From contig CAXGWI010000134.1 in assembly GCA_964013405.1 (NCBI GenBank), forward strand, positions 1 through 10,057: a stretch of DNA of 10,057 bases. Reading direction: 5' to 3'. Below the pieces are notes generated by a model. It was not told the DNA's origin and ran no database searches. It was given only the letters and a program-made list of their open reading frames with translations. This DNA comes from an uncultured Myxococcales bacterium. Its GTDB lineage: Bacteria; Myxococcota; UBA4151. Shown in pieces: positions 7,696-10,057 of this stretch; the first letter of the stretch is position 1, and each line of letters begins with the position of its first letter. The translations under genes and the position numbers were made by a program.

Positions 7696-7722
7696 TTAAG
7701 CCTGACCGGGGGGAGATTGCAA
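7693..7722 (-). promoter_or_regulatory. Putative sigma70 promoter of the acyl-CoA dehydrogenase block
   Basis: Minus strand TTGCAA (7722-7717) followed 16-18 nt later by AT-rich CTTAATGA, which runs into the palindrome. The -10 register is ambiguous. Confidence 0.4.
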
Positions 7723-7831
7723 GAACGGACCCGCAAGATGGCAGCCTAAAAAAGGAGTCGAGGGACTTTCAATCGCTTAGCTCGGGGTTTGCGACGGGGG
7801 CGGAGGGCGGCACCCTTCCGTAGGAAAGGCC

Positions 7832-7860
7832 TTGCGGGCGGTGTTTTTCACCTATAGAGG
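7832..7860 (+). promoter_or_regulatory. Putative sigma70 promoter of rplS
   Basis: TTGCGG (7832-7837) then TATAGAGG (7853-7860; TAGAGG at 17-nt spacing), followed by a GC-rich discriminator-like CAGCCCCC and about 25 nt of leader containing GGAG. Confidence 0.45.
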
Positions 7861-7887
7861 CAGCCCCCGGTTAGCGGAGAAGAAGCC

Positions 7888-8250
7888 ATGAATATTATCG
7901 ATCAGCTCGAGCAGGAATGCCTACGAGACGATCTGCCCGAGTTTCGTCCTGGCGATACCGTCGTGGTTCACGCCCGGATTAAAGAGGGCAACAAGGAACG
8001 TGTTCAGGTCTTTGAAGGGGTCTGCATCGCTCGTCAAAATGGCGGCAGCCGCGAGACCTTCACCGTTCGCAAGATGGCTTCCGACCATGTGGGTGTTGAG
8101 CGGGTCTTTCCGCTGCACAGCCCGCGGATCGAAAAAATCGAGGTGCGCCGTCTCGGACGGGTGCGTCGTGCGAAGCTTTACTACTTGCGGGAGCGCAGTG
8201 GACGGGCCGCCCGGATCGCCGAGCGGATCCCTGGCAGCGGATCCAGGTAA
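7888..8250 (+). CDS. rplS: 50S ribosomal protein L19 (bL19)
   Basis: [56 protein letters not shown] signature; GGAG RBS. Confidence 0.99.
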   Translation: MNIIDQLEQECLRDDLPEFRPGDTVVVHARIKEGNKERVQVFEGVCIARQNGGSRETFTVRKMASDHVGVERVFPLHSPRIEKIEVRRLGRVRRAKLYYLRERSGRAARIAERIPGSGSR

Positions 8251-8273
8251 CGGGTCGAACATCGATCTCACAC

Positions 8274-8303
8274 GGGGCAGCTTCGGCTGCCTTTTGTGTT
8301 TTT
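8274..8303 (+). terminator. Intrinsic terminator after rplS
   Basis: GGGGCAGC-TTCG-GCTGCCTT stem with a cUUCGg tetraloop, followed by TTTTGTGTTTTT. Confidence 0.85.
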
Positions 8304-8340
8304 GCTGGGGCCGCTTAGATGAGGTGCTCGGAGGCTGTGG

Positions 8341-9291
8341 TTGAGCAATATTTTTCAATTTGAGATTGAGCCGCCCGATGCAGGGCAGCGTCTGGATCGC
8401 TTTCTCGCGCTGGCTGTCCCGGCCCTAAGCCGTTCGGCGATCCAGCGCCTCATCCGGGATGGCGACGTGACGGTCGACGGCGAACTCACCGTGCCTAAAC
8501 TTCGGATTCAGACGGGCCAGCGGGTCAGTCTCAGGGTTCCACCCCCCCGGGCGGCGGCTCCAGAGCCGCAACAGATGGATCTGGTTTTCTTATATCGAGA
8601 TGAACACTTGGTTGTGATCGATAAACCGGCCGGACTCACTGTGCACCCGGCCCCTGGTCAAGGGGACCGGACGCTGGTGAACGGTCTGCTCTTTGAAGGC
8701 ATTGGTCTATCGGGCATCGGTGGTGTCCAGCGGCCAGGGATCGTGCACCGTTTAGATCGGGAGACCAGTGGCGTGATGGTGGTCGCGTGCCATGATGAAG
8801 CCCACCGCCACCTTTCAAAGGCCTTCGCATTACGAGAGGTGGAGAAGACCTACCTGTGTGTGACCGCTGGCAAGCCCCGCCAGCCGGAGGGGTTAATCGA
8901 TACGCCCTACGGTCGAGATCCGAACCACCGCCTTCGTTTTTCGGGCAAGGTCCGGTCGGATCGACGGGCTCGGACGCGCTATCGGGTTCTCGAGACTTTC
9001 GGTCCTTGCGCCCTCGTCGAGATCGATCTGTTGACCGGCCGTACCCATCAGATCCGAGTGCATTTGAGCGAGGCCGGTACACCCCTCGTGGGGGATGAAC
9101 TCTACGGGGGTGCCAATCGATGGAAGGGGGTAAGTTGGGCGCCGGCGAAAGAAGCGATGCGGGCCATGACCCGGCAGGCGCTTCATGCGAGCCGGCTCGC
9201 ATTCACCCATCCGATAACGAAGGAGGCGATGGTCTTCGAATCCCCACTTCCCGCAGACTTTCAGGGCTTGATCCAAGCCCTCCGAGCATGA
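8341..9291 (+). CDS. rluD: RluA/RluD family 23S rRNA pseudouridine synthase with N-terminal S4 domain
   Basis: S4 domain (GQRLDRFL...SRSAIQRLI), DKPAGLTVHP, RPGIVHRLDRETSG (catalytic Asp139), TGRTHQIRVH, RQALHA. TTG start with GGAGG 6 nt upstream; adjacent to yfiH as in E. coli. Confidence 0.95.
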   Translation: MSNIFQFEIEPPDAGQRLDRFLALAVPALSRSAIQRLIRDGDVTVDGELTVPKLRIQTGQRVSLRVPPPRAAAPEPQQMDLVFLYRDEHLVVIDKPAGLTVHPAPGQGDRTLVNGLLFEGIGLSGIGGVQRPGIVHRLDRETSGVMVVACHDEAHRHLSKAFALREVEKTYLCVTAGKPRQPEGLIDTPYGRDPNHRLRFSGKVRSDRRARTRYRVLETFGPCALVEIDLLTGRTHQIRVHLSEAGTPLVGDELYGGANRWKGVSWAPAKEAMRAMTRQALHASRLAFTHPITKEAMVFESPLPADFQGLIQALRA

Positions 9292-10037
9292 TGGCAGACC
9301 TACCCGTCACTCAGGCGAGCAACCTGGTGGCAGGGGGCTTCCAGCACGGTTTCTTTGGCTGCGGCCCAGCACCGGGCCTTCCCATGGTGGCTCGGGGGGG
9401 AGCATCCCCGGTTCGAGTGGCTGAGAGTCGAGGGCGAATCGTCCGTTATCTCGGCATTGTCCCCGAGGCCCTGCACCGAGCTCAACAGGTTCATGGGCTT
9501 GGGATTCTCGAGGTGAGCGAAGGGGACGATCGTCGCCGATGGGGAGAGACAGAGGGAGACGCTTTAATCGCCCGGGAACCCGGGGTCGCCGTGGGCGTTT
9601 TGACAGCCGACTGTGCGCCCCTGCTCGCCGCCGACTCGAGCAGTGGCTGGGTTGCCGCTGCCCACCTGGGTCGGCGGGGGGCCCTCGCCGGACTGGCCGG
9701 CGCGGTCGTGGGTCGTTTGCTTGAAAAAGGGGCCTCGCTGGAACATCTTCGTTTTGCCGTCGGCCCCCACATCCAAGCAGAGAGCTATGAGGTGGGAGAG
9801 GCCCTCTATCAGGAACTCCCAACGGTGGCCCAACACCGTGACCAGGCGGGGCGGGCCTGTTGCAACCTGCGAGCGATCATTGCAGCCGATTTGGCCGGTC
9901 ATGGGGTTCGACCGGAGCAGATCGAATGGAGTCCAGCGGATACGCTGTCCGATATGGGCTTCTTCTCCTACCGCCGGCAGGGGGATCAGGCCGGCCGTCA
10001 ACTCAGCGCAATCGTGGCTGGGGGTGCCCGTGGTTGA
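9288..10037 (+). CDS. pgeF: YfiH/PgeF (LACC1-like purine nucleoside phosphorylase / laccase-domain) protein
   Basis: QVHG (His69), TADCAP (Cys109), AAAH (His126), GPHI, YEVG, FFSYRR. The start at ATG 9288 or 9291 overlaps the rluD stop (ATGATG); the ORF extension to 9120 lies inside rluD. Confidence 0.93.
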   Translation: MMADLPVTQASNLVAGGFQHGFFGCGPAPGLPMVARGGASPVRVAESRGRIVRYLGIVPEALHRAQQVHGLGILEVSEGDDRRRWGETEGDALIAREPGVAVGVLTADCAPLLAADSSSGWVAAAHLGRRGALAGLAGAVVGRLLEKGASLEHLRFAVGPHIQAESYEVGEALYQELPTVAQHRDQAGRACCNLRAIIAADLAGHGVRPEQIEWSPADTLSDMGFFSYRRQGDQAGRQLSAIVAGGARG

Positions 10038-10057
10038 CTCCTTCCAGGATCCACCGG
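10030..10057 (+). CDS. Possible start of next gene (truncated by window edge)
   Basis: GTG at 10030 overlaps the pgeF stop, has a G-rich run upstream and stays open to the window end (MVDSFQDPP). Too short to verify. Confidence 0.2.

Noticed and set aside
7655..7696. Longer ACAD start at 7696
   Set aside because: It has no RBS and would translate through the palindromic operator; ATG 7654 has a GGAG and family-typical N-terminal length.
7801..7833. Small hairpin CGGAGGG...CCTTCCG and AAGGCCTT palindrome upstream of rplS as an ncRNA or L19 leader
   Set aside because: Short GC-rich stems are expected by chance, and these lie upstream of the predicted rplS transcription start.
8212..8244. Three CGGATC copies at the 3' end of rplS
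   Set aside because: Short and irregularly spaced; two simply encode Arg-Ile. Not a repeat array.
9120..9287. N-terminal extension of the pgeF ORF
   Set aside because: It lies inside rluD; the ATGATG overlap at 9288-9293 is the natural start.
44..10001. Remaining short ORFs in the six-frame track (e.g. 44-646, 760-1338, 1409-1936, 7921-8358, 8636-9202)
   Set aside because: All overlap better-supported genes in other frames or strands and lack recognisable motifs.

Overview
GC-rich bacterial chromosomal window, probably Myxococcota/deltaproteobacterial (inferred from the GYF_2-TM-AgmX/PglI-C protein and overall gene content). Two divergent gene blocks flank the intergenic region at 7655-7887. 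The minus strand carries a long FadE/VLCAD-type acyl-CoA dehydrogenase, a SpoIVB-like S55 serine peptidase, a tightly coupled exported beta-propeller/Ig-like protein, a membrane-anchored hypothetical protein and a GYF_2/TonB-C-like membrane protein. The plus strand carries a stand-alone rplS with its own terminator, then the conserved rluD-pgeF(yfiH) pair. The most notable observations are: (1) a perfect 18-bp palindrome, TGAATGAGCGCTCATTCA, upstream of the acyl-CoA dehydrogenase that resembles the Bacillus FadR (TetR-family) box; (2) the S55 peptidase has its Ser motif before its His motif, apparently circularly permuted relative to SpoIVB, and is coupled to an uncharacterised exported partner that may be co-transcribed with the beta-oxidation gene; (3) rplS is detached from the usual rimM-trmD operon. 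I saw no mobile elements, CRISPR arrays, tRNA or rRNA.
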